Assembly (NCBI GenBank): GCA_030141605.1
Contig: JAQGDQ010000026.1
Span: 1,076,136 to 1,087,684 of the forward strand
Direction: 5' to 3'
DNA: 11,549 nucleotides
DNA from: Tubiluchus corallicola
Taxonomy: Eukaryota; Animalia; Priapulida
Both the position numbers and the translations under genes were made by a program. Below are positions 10,193-11,549 of this stretch, piece by piece (position 1 is the first letter of the stretch; each line of letters begins with the position of its first letter). Below the pieces are notes generated by a model. That model saw only the letters and a list, made by a program, of their open reading frames with translations. It made no database searches and was not told the origin of the DNA.

Positions 10193-10367
10193 GGGGGGAG
10201 GGAGGAGAGAGAGGAGAGAGAGCGGGAAAGAGAGAGAGGGAGAGAGAGAGAGGAGGCAGTATGTTCGCATAAAGCAAAAAAATGTTACCTTCGCGCGAAG
10301 CCCTCCTGGAGGATGAGGCCCCGGGGAAGTATCCCCACTTCCCCCCCCCCCCCTGAAATAGGCCCTG
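9885..10367 (-). mobile_element. hAT-type MITE with CAGGG termini, copy 2, 483 bp, inverted relative to copy 1, carrying an internal (GA)n tract
   Basis: Same 15-bp TIRs as copy 1. Exact 8-bp TSD TGTGTGAT at 9877-9884 and 10368-10375. Segment 9955-10084 is nearly identical to the reverse complement of 9040-9170. Confidence 0.95.
10111..10255. repeat. (GA)n tract inside hAT MITE copy 2; pure at the left, degenerate and G-rich at the right
   Basis: Direct reading. It explains the poly-ER/SL ORFs at 10017-10489. Confidence 0.95.
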
Positions 10368-10967
10368 TGTGTGATACCCAGATAAGTGCAAAATGTTACA
10401 AGCTGTGGCATTTAATTATCAAAGCGCTCATTAAGGCTTGTCATCCACCATTGGCTGAACAAACAATGTTGCACCTTAATGCTACGTGAAGCTTGCCTCT
10501 ATATAAGTCATATTTGACTTTACACGTCTATAACTATGTGGTAGTCGTAACAAGCAGTAAACCTAGCCATAACAGACTGTCTGTAGGTAAGAGAGCCAAT
10601 AATAATTTCAGTGACTGGGTGATACCCGTATAAAACACACGTGTTCTTGGTGAAAACAAACAGTAAACTCACATAAGATTCAGTCACAGCTACACATCAC
10701 CTACGGACCCGGGAACCAGCTATGCCGTCTGCATAACGGATCTTTCTGTTACAACAAGACAAGCGAACACAGTCCATTATAATCGAAAACTTGCTTTACC
10801 AGTGTCCGTTAAAACGAGATTTCGTCTTAAACGTTTGCAATCTCCTATAATTATTCGTCCTGAAAAGCATTTACCTCAAAATATTATTATTATATTATTC
10901 ATATAAATCATATACTGTAATTTGGTTGCCATAAATCCTTTCTTTAACATTGTTTTATTTATCTATA

Positions 10968-11047
10968 TAATAATAATAATGATGATGATGATGATGACTG
11001 ATGATTGATGATTGATGATTGATGATTGATGATTGATGATTGATGAT

Positions 11048-11127
<80 letters not shown>

Positions 11128-11341
11128 CTGATGCTGATGCCGACGCTGACACCGCCGCCGCCGCCGACGACGATGATCTAACATCAACAACAACAACAAC
11201 AACTGCAATATCAGCAACATTGTTGTTGTTGTTGTTAGCATTATCATTACCATTACCATTACCATTACCATTACCATTACCATTACCATTACCATTACCA
11301 TTACCATTACCATTACCATTATCACTACTACTACTATTATT
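10968..11341. repeat. Compound microsatellite: (TAA)n, (GAT)n, (GATTGAT)n, (GAT)n, GCT/GAC/GCC, (CAA)6, (TTG)5, (CATTAC)12, (CTA)n
   Basis: Direct reading. CATTAC x12 at 11245-11316. It explains the poly-D, poly-H, poly-S and LP/VM ORFs. Confidence 0.97.
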
Positions 11342-11549
11342 AACATACTGGAAACTTTTGCGTTGCGACAGCTGACGTGGCTTTTATTATCACTGTGATT
11401 ATTTCTGTGGATGTTTTATGGATGTTTTACAATTTCCATTATCATATACTTTCTTATTGTCATTATTATTAATTGCATTTATTAATACGTTCCAGTAACA
11501 GTGATGACAGAAGACATACAACAAGAATCTGGTCCTGGTTTTATCATAA

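Noticed and set aside
10017-10489. Five overlapping ORFs
   Set aside because: They lie in a MITE with a GA tract, and none resembles a transposase.
11245-11316. (CATTAC)12 as an interstitial telomeric repeat
   Set aside because: The reverse complement GTAATG is not TTAGGG or TTAGG. It derives naturally from the neighbouring CAT/TAC triplets.
10955-11375. Poly-D / poly-H / LP-repeat ORFs as a biomineralisation or metal-binding protein
   Set aside because: No synonymous variation within runs, a frame-breaking 7-mer block, and open frames on both strands all indicate a microsatellite.

Overview
This is AT-rich, repeat-dense eukaryotic DNA, most consistent with an intronic or intergenic region of an animal (probably invertebrate) genome. 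There is no credible intact protein-coding gene, RNA gene or CRISPR array. Every long ORF in the supplied track is either a translation of simple or tandem repeats or a piece of a decayed retrotransposon. By my rough count, over half the window is recognisable repeat. It holds four 3'-end LINE fragments: one RTE-X-like, two near-identical CR1/L2-group copies in opposite orientation, and one RTE-clade. It also holds five non-autonomous DNA transposons: two Kolobok-like TTAA elements, two copies of a CAGGG-ended hAT MITE, and one TAGGG-ended hAT MITE. All three hAT copies have exact 8-bp target-site duplications. The rest includes a 22-bp minisatellite and several very long microsatellites. The least explained structure is a ~120-bp module present three times: twice in tandem on +, and once on - where it is split by a ~590-bp insert carrying the 22-bp array. 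I found no convincing evidence of a new gene system. TE family assignments come from motif recognition by eye, not from database searches.
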